A DNA stretch of 63,887 bases, counting the filler, from Hausera hauseri (lineage: Eukaryota): NCBI GenBank assembly GCA_046269625.1. It is 12 parts of 12 records of this genome, joined end to end, with 100 filler letters (N's around TTAATTAATTAA, not from the genome) between each part and the next. Parts side by side here need not be neighbours in the genome. Positions count along the whole stretch, not along the records: positions 1 to 5,544 come from JBJURY010233183.1; positions 5,645 to 12,117 come from JBJURY010096765.1; 10 more parts are not named here. One strand, written 5' to 3'. How positions within the stretch are numbered: position 1 is the first letter of the stretch; every line of letters starts with the position of its first letter. A program made the translations under genes and the position numbers. The notes below the pieces were generated by a model that ran no database searches, was not told the DNA's origin, and saw nothing but the letters and a program-made list of their open reading frames with translations. Below are positions 1 through 12,117 of this stretch, piece after piece.

Positions 1-1238
1 AGTACGCTGGCGTACCTCTTCGAGAGAACAATATCGTGCATCATGTAAAGGTCCATCAAGATTGTAAAGTTGACTCCGGAGACCGTCAAACGAGTGATAT
101 AAACGAATGAGTTCTGTTAAATAGAATATATCGTAATGTCATACCGTAAAGAAGCGCATGTATTTATACTGAAATGTAACAAACAAATTATACTGATTCA
201 CGAAATCAAACATAGCAAAATATATATATATGAATAAATACGGTCAATCAATTTTTCATTACAATAAAAAGCGAAGCATTAAATAGAAGTCCAATAAAAA
301 AGTTAATACGTCATTGTCGTTTTCTTCTCATTTCATCCTTGATACGTTTTACGAACAGCGGTATGACTCTCCCCTGCTCATTATTCTCGTTTCTGTGTGC
401 TCACATAACAACTGTACATCAAACATATATCCGGTCAAAATGTCATAGGTCAATCTGTGGATTTGATTTTCAATATACTATTCCATTTGATTTAGTATAG
501 TAATGTTGAAAAACGTTTATAGCCGATTTAGGCGACGTCTGGGACTGCAGTAAGGGGAATAAGTTATGGTGTATTGCAGTTAAATTTACTTATTTATAAT
601 TAATACATTTTATTTGTTTTTAGTTTAATTTGTTTATCATTCAGAAATGTTTGCAATATCCAGTGTATTGCGTTTCCCGCATATATGAGGTGAACAATGC
701 CACAAGTAAATTGCCAAATATTATTCAGTGGCCAAGGACACGTGCTGTATCCTGTGTGTTTTATTCAAAATACATGCCCGTACGCCAACTTTTATGAAAT
801 TCTCAAGAATCATCTCGGGACCATAAAGTACATGACGTTCGTGGTTGCCGTAGTGCAATGGAGCAATACTATGGCAGCACAATGGTGCACAGAAAACGGG
901 CCTATGTATGTCTTAGTTGGTCTATAGCTGATGATAAAATTAACTATGAACTATTTTATAATCAGCACCGTGATCACTTAAACCACTTTGAGCGGCAAAT
1001 ATTAAGGAACGCAGCAAAAAGCAGCAGTAGCAGTATTCCCTCAACAAGTAGGAAACATCAGGCATGAACAAGTCTTAACGAATACTTGCAAAAAAAAGAA
1101 ATCAAAAACAACAGAAGCAGCTGCATCAGGAACAGGAGCAACAGGGATGGAACCCTGCTTTAGTGTCATGTACGATTTGAAAAAGTCGTACATGGATATG
1201 AATTGAACATGTGAGCGACAACAACAACAACAACGCAA

Positions 1239-4200
1239 TTGAGACATGTTCCATCCATTGTGCGAAGCTGGTTTGGATATGAAGTGGACAAATTCAACCA
1301 CCACTACAAAGAGCAGTATTGTGCACTTGCAGAATTCGAAAACTTGAAAAGCTACAGGAAACAATGGTACCTGTCACATCGAGCTGTACTATATACCGAG
1401 GATTTTATCTCTGAGATTGGCGAAAAACTCGAGGCGAAAATTGCCAACTACACGAAAAAGGGTAGTGGATGGCGAATTGTAAAGATTGTCACTCTGGGCT
1501 TTATCATTACAAAGTCGAGTGGCATGATTTACATGTCGAGGTGGTCATTCATACCTACAACTGCAGCCCTGAAGCACTCTAAAACTGTAGTCAATGTAGA
1601 AAATAATGGCTACGAATACTGCTTTTTTGCAGTATTTTAGCCATATTAAAATATGATAAAGTACCCAGAAATCGTGCAAATCGTTCAAAACAATATCGTC
1701 CGTATTTTTCCGAATTGGACTTTGATGAAAGTTGGATGCCGATGAAACTGAAAACCATTCCGGCTTTTGAATGGCGTAATCCCACACTGTAAATCAACAT
1801 TTTCCTATAAAACTCAGTAATAGAGATACGGGCAGATGAGAAAATTTACAAGAATCCTTACGTTGACATAATCTATCAAAGTCGGAACCTGAATAGACGT
1901 CCAGTATCCCTATTCCTGTTAGAGCAGGCAGAAAAATTTCATTACGTAGCCGTAACAAATCTGGGCAGACTGCTGAACATGGATCATGACCAGTACATCC
2001 AAAAACAAATACGCTGCAAATGGGTCCCTATATGTTTGCATAATTTTAGATCAGAAGCGACATCGGAAAAACATGTGGCGCTATGCAGGTTAAACGTATC
2101 TGGAACAGCAATGTACGTCATGTCAGTCGAAAGGAGCTGAGATTCACTGACTGGTGGAAAACGCACAGTCCAGTATATGTAGTCTGTGCCGATATTAAAG
2201 CAATTCTACTGCAGCAAAACGTATACGACCAAAAGCACATCCCAATCGCCTTCGGTATGTTGCTAATATTAATAAAATCCACCGGCCAACCGCAGTATTA
2301 CGCTTTCCACGGATGAAAGTGTGAACGTGATTTCCTGCAACAGGTTGAGGCAATAGTGGAAGCGGAAATCGCACCGCGGTGCAGTAACAACGTCACTAAG
2401 CCTTTGATCTGTACAGACGAGGACGAACGCCTTACGTTTGCAGTCACAGAAAAATGATACTTGTGCCATAAAGTATTACCATTCCATAAACAGGAATGGC
2501 TCGTAGCTGATCACGACCACTTTGCCGAACGATACATTGGAACAGCAAGAAATTCATGCAATTTAGGACAGCGTGTGCGGCCATTCCTGCCGGTGATATT
2601 CCATAAATTCAGGAGTTATGATTGTCACCATATTCTGAAATGTGCCATTAATGGATTTCCACACTTTGAACTGTCTATAATCCCAGCAACAATGGAGAAA
2701 TGCCTGTCTCTGTCGGCACGCATAAACCGGTTCCAAGTGAAATTCTTTGACTCGTTACAATTCCTCAATGAGTCTGTAGCAAAGCTGATAAATGCCTTGC
2801 CGGATGTGCCGTTAAAATCAACGCAGCTTCCGATGCATATTGCACATAGCAAAGGCATATTTTCGTATGACTTTGCCGTATCGTACGAGCGGTTTCAGAT
2901 AACAGAGGAATTGCCGCCGCATTGGCTCAGTATATAACAGACGATGAATACCACAGAGCACAGGGATCTTGATCATAGCTCGGCTGCAGAAACCTGTTGG
3001 ATTACATGCTCCAGTATCTGAAATTGGACGTGTACTTGCTTGCCGACGTGTTTCAGAAATTTTGGACTAAGGCGTTTGCGGAATATAGGCTGGAGCAGCT
3101 CAACTTTTACTCCATACTGGGAATAACTTCGTCATCGGCTTTTATATCACTGGACCGGAACATTGAGCTGTTGCAAGATCCAGAAATGTACCGAATGTTT
3201 GATGTTGGAATTCGTGGCGGCATGGCATTTGTCAACAAGCATCACGTAATCAGTGATGATACTACATCACGGTTGTATATCGACATTAATAATCTCTACG
3301 GTTAGGCGCTTTCACAACCCTTGCCGTACGGTTCATTCTAATGGATAGTAGACAAGCGAGAGCTGGACTCAATAATAGAAAATCTGCCAAGAGCAGACAC
3401 AAGAGAAAACAGCTCAATCGGATACCTGATGGAAGTCGATCTCGTGGTACTAGATGAGCTGCATAACTTTCTGTACGAACTGCCGGTCTTACCAATCGGG
3501 CAACCTATGCCGTTCTCGAAGGTGAAGAAGACGCTTATGATGCATGGACGTCAACAAAATTATATGGTTCATTGGTATCTCTTGAAATTTTACATGTAGT
3601 TGGGTGTACGCATTACACAGCTACTTCGCGCAATACGATTTGCACAGGCTCCGATATTCAAGGCGTGTATCAGCCGGAATTCGGAAAAATGAGCTTCAGC
3701 TTGTACAAAGTTCGGAAAGAACTACTACAAGTTGAAAATTAATTCTCCTACGGCAAAACAGTAGAGAACCTCAAAAGGCGACTTAATGTGTGCCTATGTA
3801 ACAACGAAAAGCGATTGGTTACGTACACCAGCAAAGCTCAGTTCAGGCGATCAATGCACATTGCCGATGGATTGATAGCCGTGCTGTTAAACAGGGAAGA
3901 AGTCGTACTGAACCTATCAAACTATATCGGACAAGTCGTGTTGGACCTGAGCAAGTTGCGAATGTACTAGCTGCAGTATTGCAACTTGGCATGTTACCGG
4001 CAAATGTTTGACGGCTGTGAGATAAGTATCGTTGTCGGTAACACAGACAGATTTTTCCTTCAGTTGAAAGACGTCAATCGCGATTAACTGCTCCGTCAAA
4101 TGATGGCAGATGGACTACTGGACACGTCCCATTACCCGCAGAATCATCCGTTGTATAGCAACGCCATCGCGAACAAAACTGTCTGCTTCAAGGATGAAAG

Positions 4201-4522
4201 CGAAGTCCGTGTTCAGTACCGAGAATGCATATTCCTGCGCCCAAAGTGCTACAGTCTCCGGACGTACTGTGGACCGAAAATTCACGCAAAAGGAGTTCAG
4301 CTGTCCCAGACGGAAATAAACCACATTGATTATCGCCATATTTGTGAAGTAGCAAAACAAGAAGACAGAGGACGACAAGGAGGAGGACAATTAATGGCTG
4401 TATGTCAAACGATTATACGGTCGATTGAGCACCAGCTGTATACTGTAACAAACATAAAAATCGCTTTGCCATGTATTTGCAATAAGCGAAAATGGGTGGG
4501 ACGAAATAAGAGTTGGGCGTGA
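1239..4522 (+). pseudogene. Protein-primed family B DNA polymerase (Polinton/Maverick/adintovirus type), fragmented
   Basis: Collinear motifs across broken ORFs: KGSGW, SFIPT..VVNVENN..CFF, HYVAVTNLGRLL, CxxC..H..C finger, ExoI ADIK, EndoVII-like DHDHF..CNL, ExoII FHKFRSYDCH, FFDSLQFL, KGIFSY, ExoIII YLKLDVYLLADVF, GIRGG, motif A YIDINNLYG, motif B KxxxNS.YGKTVEN, FKDE, LRPKCYS, AKGV. Many stops and frameshifts. Confidence 0.93.
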
Positions 4523-4729
4523 TTCCTTATGTGATCCGACTATTCGAGGCAGACAGTTGCAGTCATTTGTGTATTGTGGCAATTACTGACATTTTGTGAT
4601 TTTTATTGGTGCTATGTTACAGTAATGTATTTTTGTTTACATACTTTTTTTTTGTTATGTTTCACTCACACCTAAAGGTTTATAAGAGAATGTGGAGTTA
4701 GTGTCTACATTATTTTCTTTGACCTATGG

Positions 4730-4930
4730 CACATATTTGGGTTATGTGGTCATCAAATGCCAGATTGCTGTTACTTTCTCAGAGAATTTCCCCAGTACTC
4801 AGTTTTAGAGGCTGAGGAATCTAGAAGCCATTTTGGTTGAAAAAAAATTCAACCCACCACAGTTGGGACTGAACCCATGAACATATGATTGGCAGACAAG
4901 TGCACTAACCACTACAGCACTGTGGCTCAA
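4730..4930 (-). mobile_element. tRNA-derived SINE-like element (degenerate)
   Basis: Minus strand reads gagccacagtgcTGTAGTGGTTAGtgcac...atgGGTTCAGTCCC, with A-box- and B-box-like motifs at tRNA spacing, then a CAGCCTCTAAAACTGAGTAC body motif typical of invertebrate SINE cores. No valid cloverleaf. Confidence 0.55.
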
Positions 4931-5219
4931 ACCCCTGACATGGCACAACCATTAAAAATTATATGACCAACTCATATTTCATTCTGATGTTCTTAGGGTG
5001 TTTCAGATTTATGCGGAAATGTACTAGTACTAAGTCGTGTTTACTTTCCGCGACTGATCCAGGCAAAGTTCTTGTTGTGGATTTGTTTTTTTCCTGAACT
5101 AAATCTGCTGACGATCCTAAGATAATCTATTTTATTGAGGCGTAGTTTGTTCGGAGAATGCCACATGTTTATTCTGGATTCTTCGCGCATTCATAAAACG
5201 TTTACCAGCTTATGGTTCT

Positions 5220-5395
5220 TAAATCTGGCAAAGAATTGAAATTCCAGGAAAAATCTACACAACCTACAGTGTCCTCGCCGGCGCAACGGAGCTGAGATCC
5301 TACAGAATGGAGGAGAACGGAGCATTTATGGATATATATCCGCGAACGAAGATATTGTCCCCTAGACTAAACTAAACTAAACTAAATCTGGCAAA
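5220..5395 (+). mobile_element. 5'-truncated non-LTR (RTE-like) insertion with (ACTAA)n tail and 13-bp target-site duplication
   Basis: TAAATCTGGCAAA at 5220-5232 and 5383-5395 flanks ~150 bp ending in ACTAA repeats. Translation gives DPTEWRR, resembling the RTE ORF2 C-terminal A.DR..WR motif. Confidence 0.75.
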
Positions 5396-5544
5396 TTCTA
5401 ATAGTCTGAACATGCGTTTTTGTCTTGTTGCTGGAAGGTTCTACCTCGTACCATTATTTCTATGCATCTTGTCCCACCTTTGCTTTTCGTTTGTCTTGGA
5501 TAACAATTCATCTTTGGTAGGTGTTTTATTAACTGTGTTCCTAA

Positions 5545-5644
5545 NNNNNNNNNNNNNNNNNNNNNNNNNNNNNNNNNNNNNNNNNNNNTTAATTAATTAA
5601 NNNNNNNNNNNNNNNNNNNNNNNNNNNNNNNNNNNNNNNNNNNN
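5545..5644. other. Artificial contig-joining spacer (first of 11)
   Basis: 44 N + TTAATTAATTAA (stops in all six frames) + 44 N. Identical spacers start at 12118, 17422, 23445, 28099, 32227, 38284, 42351, 48269, 55590 and 59800. Confidence 0.98.
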
Positions 5645-6094
5645 ATAGTAGTCTCTAAATAAGGGATGATTATAATAATACTTTAAATCAATATGTGATT
5701 TTTTAAGAGCAGGTTTACGACTAGTGATCGTCCGCTTGATCGTCGAAATGATATTCACGGAATTAAGTTGTTCAAATTGGTTTGAGTTAATCAAGCAACA
5801 GCGTCTGCAATCTACTAGTAGTTGGTAATGGGACAAAAAGTCTGATCCCAATATAGGTGTTTGGATGTTGGCAACTGTGAATGTCCAATTGTATGTGATT
5901 TTGCTGCCTGATAATGTAAAAGTGATGTTGGTAGTGCCGAAGGTATTTAGTGCTGCTCCTGATGCAGTGAATAATTTTTTGTGTAAATTTTTGTTATGTA
6001 CCTCATATTCAGGAGGAAGCAGAGAGACAGCTGCTCCAGTGTCTATGAGGAAATTAATGTTATGTTTTATTGGAGTAACGACAGTTGCCTCCAA
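5645..6094 (-). CDS. Retrotransposon aspartic protease (partial, runs into gap)
   Basis: FLIDTGAAVSLLP active site and ILGSDFL C-terminal motif. Confidence 0.9.
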
Positions 6095-6199
6095 CGTAAA
6101 AACTGCAAATGTTGTGTTTCGGCTGTAATTTTGTAATGTGGAGCCTTTGCTAAAGGTGGCCGATGACTCTAGCGGCGTTATTAGTTTTTTTGCTGTGTT

Positions 6200-7222
6200 T
6201 GATTTTATTTGTTAGTTAAGGATTGCCTATTCTCATGTGAGTTGAAATTGCATCCTGGTAAACATTTTATAGCCTTGGTGTTGAATTTAGAATGGTAAAT
6301 GCAGATGTTGTTGCCTGACTTAAATGTAGGTGCAAAGAATTTGCACCCAATGCAACATTTGTGTGAGTTGTTTCCAAAATTATGATGATAATAACAAATA
6401 GACGATCGTACGGGCGATGGCGATCGTCTGTTGCGCAGTGGTTGTCTATCAGAATGGGCGGCACCAGGGAAATTTTGTCTTTAGAGAGTCAATTGGTTTA
6501 ACTTATTGTTTATGCTGTTGATGGTTTCTAGCAGCGCTTTATTGTCGGCTTTTAATTGAATTATTTGTTCGCGCAATGTGTTTTGCTGTGTGTCATATGG
6601 TGTGATGGTAGTAGAAATAAGTGGGGAAGTGTACGTCTGCAATAATTCATATGATTTGTCAGCTAACTCAGTTAATTTATTAAGGTCTAAGGATTCTTCA
6701 ACCACGGTTAACAAACCCCTAATTTGTAAGGGTAGGGTGTGGAGAAAATACCGTCTTAAAAGATCTGCGTTGTGTTCCTGTGTTACTCCGAGTGCTTTCA
6801 AGTTATTTAGAGCTATTTGTAAGAATTCGGAGGGCTTCCGATTGCCTAAGGTGTTCTCATTGAAATAACGTTGAATAATAGAATCCAAAGAAGGCTGTAT
6901 AAGCCCAAGAACAGCGTTGTATAGCTCTTTGTAAGGATCAGGCTGTTTGAAGAGTTGTAGAAGGTTAGTTATTCGAGTTTTAATTGAATTTGGTGGATAG
7001 TAGAAGAGACTGGGCCTTTTGAAGAGATTCGGTGATGTTTGCAGAATGCATCCAGAGCTGATGGAATTGAAGCCAGGTTTGGCTTGAGTTCTGACTGTCG
7101 ATAAAGAATTCGGTACAGTGGTGGCCGAAAGGGCGGCCGGGAGGTGTGACTGTACCGGCGCAGCGTAATATCGGAATAAATTTTGGTTTTTCCGTTGTGT
7201 TAATCGAAGATGGAGAGTTCAT
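6200..7222 (-). pseudogene. Gypsy gag, fragmented
   Basis: LGNRKPSEFL, LLRRYFLHTLP..IRGLL, LADK and Cys/His C-terminal motifs. Homologous to ORF 28335-29276. Confidence 0.82.
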
Positions 7223-8358
7223 GCCGCCAAGGATTTTGAAATTGATTTGAATAAAAAAGGAAGTCTGTCTGAAAAGGAGAAAATCATGGAAGTTGTAGAT
7301 GAGACCGTTGTAGGATAGGAAAAAGGTAGAGGTGCCTAGAAGGTTAGAAAGGTGGTGATAGATATGTGTTGTGTGTGGTGTGTTCTTGCATGTGTGTATA
7401 TGTTTTTATTATTGATTAAAAAATGGAAGGAAAGGTAGGGGGTATGAGCGACGGGTGGGCATTGCGGCGCGTGACGTAAGCACGTCCGGCCCTCGGACGG
7501 CACTGGCGCGACAGCCCGACGCATGACACCACTGCGCCGGCGTGGCAAGCTCTGGTTGACCGAATCTACGTAACAAGATCCGATAAGGGCCCGGAGGTCT
7601 TTGTGATGGCAGATGTTATGGGTATCCGAATCTCTCTTTAAATCGTGCAAGGTATTCGATATATATGGCAATAAGGTTACAGATCGAAATAAATCACTGA
7701 TTAGAATGAAATTATTTTTTGGTTTAAGAAACAATGCAATAATATTCTTACTGTGTCGGCAAATGTCATGTAAATCGACTTTCGTCAAGTCGGTGAGTGG
7801 TGCTGATGTATTTGAAAGCAGATGAGTTGCAGCACAAATAAATATGGCATTGATAGTGTTGTCTTTTGTCAATGGAACGGTTTGTGATTTCCATATCGAG
7901 TCGGTGGACTTGTTGAGCAGAGTGTATTGCTGCATGTAGGAGATTTAGTCACTGTAGAGCATGGCGATGTACACATACGCTTGGTATGGTTCCAGAATGT
8001 CAGAATCATGGTTTGCAATGGACGAATTTAGTTCACCGTCTGTTGAAAAAAATGTGTATTGGTAGTGGATTTTGGTTTTGTTCGGAGAGGTGCAAAATAG
8101 AGGCGTCTTTGATTATTTCTGATGCACAGCATATCAGATTATCATCAGTATCTTTTAAATATTTTTCGGTGCTGATATTTCCGATTTAAACAAAAACCTT
8201 CTCCCATTTCGATTGGAATAGTTTCTCCAACGTCAATGCCATTTTTAATAAATCGATATGCGGCTAATTAAAATTGCAAGAATTCAGGAAAACAAACATG
8301 TTCGTTTGTGATTGTTGAAGATTGGAAGAAATATCCAAAAAATCCGCTAGAGTGAAAT

Positions 8359-8621
8359 CTGTCACCAAAATGTTATATCCACAATGACCAAATAAAAAAT
8401 GATCGAATTTGGAATCAATACAATTATGTAAATATTTAAGAAATAAATAAAATTGCCTTAATGACTGGAATTACAAAATTACAATGATATATTCTTTCGC
8501 AAAACACAAATGGCGACAAATTTTAAGAGAGTCGTAACTGTATTTATTTTTTTATACCATATATAAACAATCACAATTACATAACGGATTTGTGTGATAA
8601 AAACGTTCATTTCCGATAACA
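8359..8621 (-). repeat. Putative 5' LTR (8371-8621) plus primer-binding site
   Basis: TGTTAT...ATAACA terminal inverted 6-mers. On the minus strand the LTR end is followed by ttt-TGGTGACAG (PBS-like). No partner LTR in the contig. Confidence 0.6.
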
Positions 8622-9106
8622 ATATAACGGGATCAGTTTTTTCTTTTTTACAACAGGCCCATCAGTAGCATATAGAAAATATGAATACATCTATTGAAAC
8701 CCAAGAAAAGAAAGAAATCAATTATGTACACAACCACAACCACACACAAAAAATAACCCCGCCTCCACCAAAATAAAAAAACAAATTTCCTATGGATTTA
8801 TAAAAATAATCTTTCGTCTTTGAACGTAAATATTAGACCATACAGAACTAAAAACAAGAGATAGATATAGCAAAGTTATCTTCCATTTGTGATGATCTTC
8901 ACGATGTCAAATGGGGTGCATTATAAAAATGTTGAATGGTTGAAAAAGAGTCGTATATTGGTCATTCAGTCAATGTATATGCCTTCGTCAGTAGACTTCA
9001 TCTGACTTTCCCGTCATGTACTGTCTCCAGTATGAGAACTTTGCTTGTTTATATAATTTCTGCTTTTTGAGAATCAGAAATAAGAGCTTGTTTACTGCCC
9101 GGAAAC

Positions 9107-12100
9107 TGTAATTACTAGGATGGGCTTGTTGGACGACACGGGTTCCGTAGTGGCTATTATAATTATTGGGATATCTAAATTAGGCTCATGTTAACATTGA
9201 TGTCAGTGAGCCACAAATATTCTTCTAACGAGGAAGCATCCAGTAAAACCTGGGTTGAGTGTTCATACTGTCGCGCGGCAACGGGACCCGGCGCAAGAGA
9301 TCGGTACGGTTCGAGGCCTGTGACGCCATTAAAACGATGGCAGGCACCCGACGTCGTCCAACCAACCGGCCGCGGGGCGTGCAAACGGTGGGCACCACAC
9401 TACCCCTCCGTAACGAAGTGTAAACTATAAAGGATAAAAAATAAAAAGAAGGAAATGCGCAAAACAGGAAAAAGTACGTATTGAAGTGTATGTTGAGATT
9501 GTTGTATACCCTGGTGATTTTAAAATGAGGTGTCATGGAACCTTACTGTTTTCTTTTGTGGGGTGCGTGTCCTATTTTATTAAAGAGAATTTTTGGCTAA
9601 AACGGATGTTAAATTTTGGGTTGTGTTGTGTGAGGTTGGAGATAGAAGATGAGGAGATGAAGAAGAGGAAGTAAAAGTGACAGGAGGAGCGGAAGTAGAG
9701 GTGAAAGAGTCAGTGAGGGAGATTGGGGGAAGTGAAAGAGTTGAAGGTGGAAGTGTAGACGTTTGTAAGAAAGTGAATTGCGTAGAGTTGTGGAAATAAA
9801 AATCAGTAGGTGTGTGAAAGTTTAAGGTTGAAGAAAGTAAAGGAGATAAGCTGGAAAAGGTGGAAGAAATTTGATGCTTTTGTGGAGGTCGGTGAGGGAG
9901 TGTATTAAAGAATTGGACCGAAATTGGAGGTAGTGAGGTCGTCGAAGTGTCAGGCAAGGTATGTGAAGTAGTGGAAAACAACGAAGGCTGAGATGTAATA
10001 GCTGGTTGAGTGTATGTTTGTGAGGACTGATTGTCAAATTGACTTTGGGTGTTTGCGGGGGTCGACAACGGAGTAGTTTCAGCTGACGTGGTATCGTCAA
10101 TAAAGAAAGCCGGTTTTAAGTTAGTAATATGGACTGATTGTTCCTTGTTGTTCTTAAGAATTATGGCGTGATGGGAATGAAGTGAAAGAAGTTTATAGGG
10201 GCCGGTGTACCGTGGCTGAAAACCGACCGGAATTTGGTTTTTTAACCAAACGAATTTAGCTGTGTAGAGGTCGTTAGGAATGTATGGTCGATTGCATGTA
10301 GAACTCTAAAAAAAGTGTCTTTGCTAATGGCAACAAAATGTTCCTGGGCCACCCGAATTGTTTCATGATTAGGTGAGTTGTCTTGCTCAGTTAACTCAAA
10401 AAGGGAACCTAGTGCTGTGCCAAATAGGGCTTCCGACGGGGAGCAACCGGTTGATGTGGATGGGGTGTTTTGCCATCCGAGTAAGACAAAAGGTAGAAGG
10501 TTTACCCAATGGGGGTTGTGTTCAGCTAAGATTCCGAGACAGGTTTCATTGTACGATGAAAACGCTCTAAAAGGCCGTTCGACTGGGGATGGTAGGGTGT
10601 TGTGTGGATGTAAGATATGCCCAGTCGATTTACTAGTGATTTAAAGAGTCTCGACTCGAATTGGGGGCCTTGGTCGGTGATGAAGGCGTCAGCTATGGAC
10701 TCAGTGTTCGTGGATCGAAGTGGAACTGCTTCTGTCCATCTAGACGAAAGGTCCATTATTGTGAGGATGAATTGGTGACCATTGTCTGGTGGAAGAAGGA
10801 TGACGATATAGAGATGGACTGTATCAAAGCGTGACGTACAGGGAAAATGATAAAGTGGCGGCTTTAGTTGTTTAGTGATTTTAAATTTTTGGCATGCCCA
10901 CACTCCTTAACCCATGCCTGTACGTCTGTTTTCATTGATGGTCATGTAACTTGGCGTTTTAAGAGGTGGTATGTGGCCTTAGATCCTGGATGGTGTAAGC
11001 CATGAATATTTGCAAAGGCTATTCTTTGGAGAGAAAAAACTAGTATGATTTTAGGCCGTCCAGGGTCGGTGGTATCGAAGGCCACCCCATCAGTGATTTT
11101 GACTGATTTATAAGAAGTGAGAGTTTCATCATCCGGTTGATTCCGTCGAAGCGTTTCGTTGTCTAAAATTGGTTTAAATGTTATCGAATCAACTGAACGT
11201 GACAAAAAATCAGTTACAACGTTGTCTGTGCCGTTTATATGTTTTATTGTAAAATTGAAAGTTGACAAATAGGATATATGTCTTTCCTGATGTAGAGAAG
11301 GAGATTTCATGGTGAAAATATGTAGCAGCGGCTTATGGTCTGTTTGGATTGTAAAGGTGCGTGATATTGAGAGATGTTTGAAATGCTTGACTGCGAGGAC
11401 CATTGCTAAAGTTCTCTATCGAAGGTAGAGTACTTTTGTTCTGTTGTAGTAAACTTTCTAGAAAAGAAATCTAAAGATTGATGCGTGTTGTTTTTAAATT
11501 GGTGGAGTACTGCGCCTGCAGCAATAGTTGATGAGTCCGTTGTAAGAAAAAGTTCTGATGTAGAATCTGTATGGGCTAATATTTCTACTGTTTTGAGATT
11601 TGTTTTTATGTGTTCGAAAGCATTAACAAGGTCAGGTGTCCAAATAATAGGTTGTTTCTTTTGACCAGAATTTAAGATAGCGAATGGAGAGGTTAAGCGA
11701 AACAATGCGGCACGTATTTGTGAATAAAATGCAAGGTACCGAGGAAGGAACGCATTTCTGAAGTTGTGCGTGGTAATTGAATATTTTTCAGTTGAGTGAT
11801 GCGGTCTTGCTGTGGAGCGTGTCCGGTTGGAGTAATAATGTGTCCGAGAAAATTAATTTTTCGTTTAAAGAAGGAGCATTTTGCGAAGTTTATTTGGAGA
11901 TTGTTTTGGTGGAGGCGTCTGAAAACAATGCGTAGGTGCTCAGTATGCTGTTTAGAGGATGAGGAAGCAATTAAAATATCATCGATGTAGGGATATCCGA
12001 AGTCTAAGTCTGCGAGGATGGTGTCTATATGCCTCTGAAAGGTTTGGGCTGCACTGCGTAAGCCAAATGGCATGTATAAATATTCAAAAAGTCCGAAAGG

Positions 12101-12117
12101 AGTTGTTACTGCCGTTT
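9107..12117 (-). mobile_element. Ty3/gypsy element, 3' part (RT-RNase H-integrase-S/T/P tail-PPT-3' LTR), degenerate
   Basis: MPFGLRSAAQTFQR, YIDDILIAS, LTTDSS, YSTFDREL, TDHKPL, HHPG..C..C, ITDQGPQFES, YHPQSNG..ERFH, GPY. PPT ggaggggtag is followed by TGTGGTGCCC at 9399. Probable LTR 9107-9399. Confidence 0.93.

Larger units (their letters stand above)
5645..8621 (-). mobile_element. Ty3/gypsy element, 5' part (LTR-PBS-leader/ORF0-gag-protease)
   Basis: Putative LTR at 8371-8621, PBS-like TGGTGACAG, gag pieces at 7222-6200, aspartic protease FLIDTGAAVS...PILGSDFL at 6094-5645. Confidence 0.88.

Noticed and set aside
1239-4522. Alternative genetic code or programmed readthrough explaining frequent in-frame TAA/TAG
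   Set aside because: Stops replace different residues (Trp, Gln, Tyr) and co-occur with frameshifts, while SPT5 and the LINE ORFs read normally. This is ordinary pseudogene decay.
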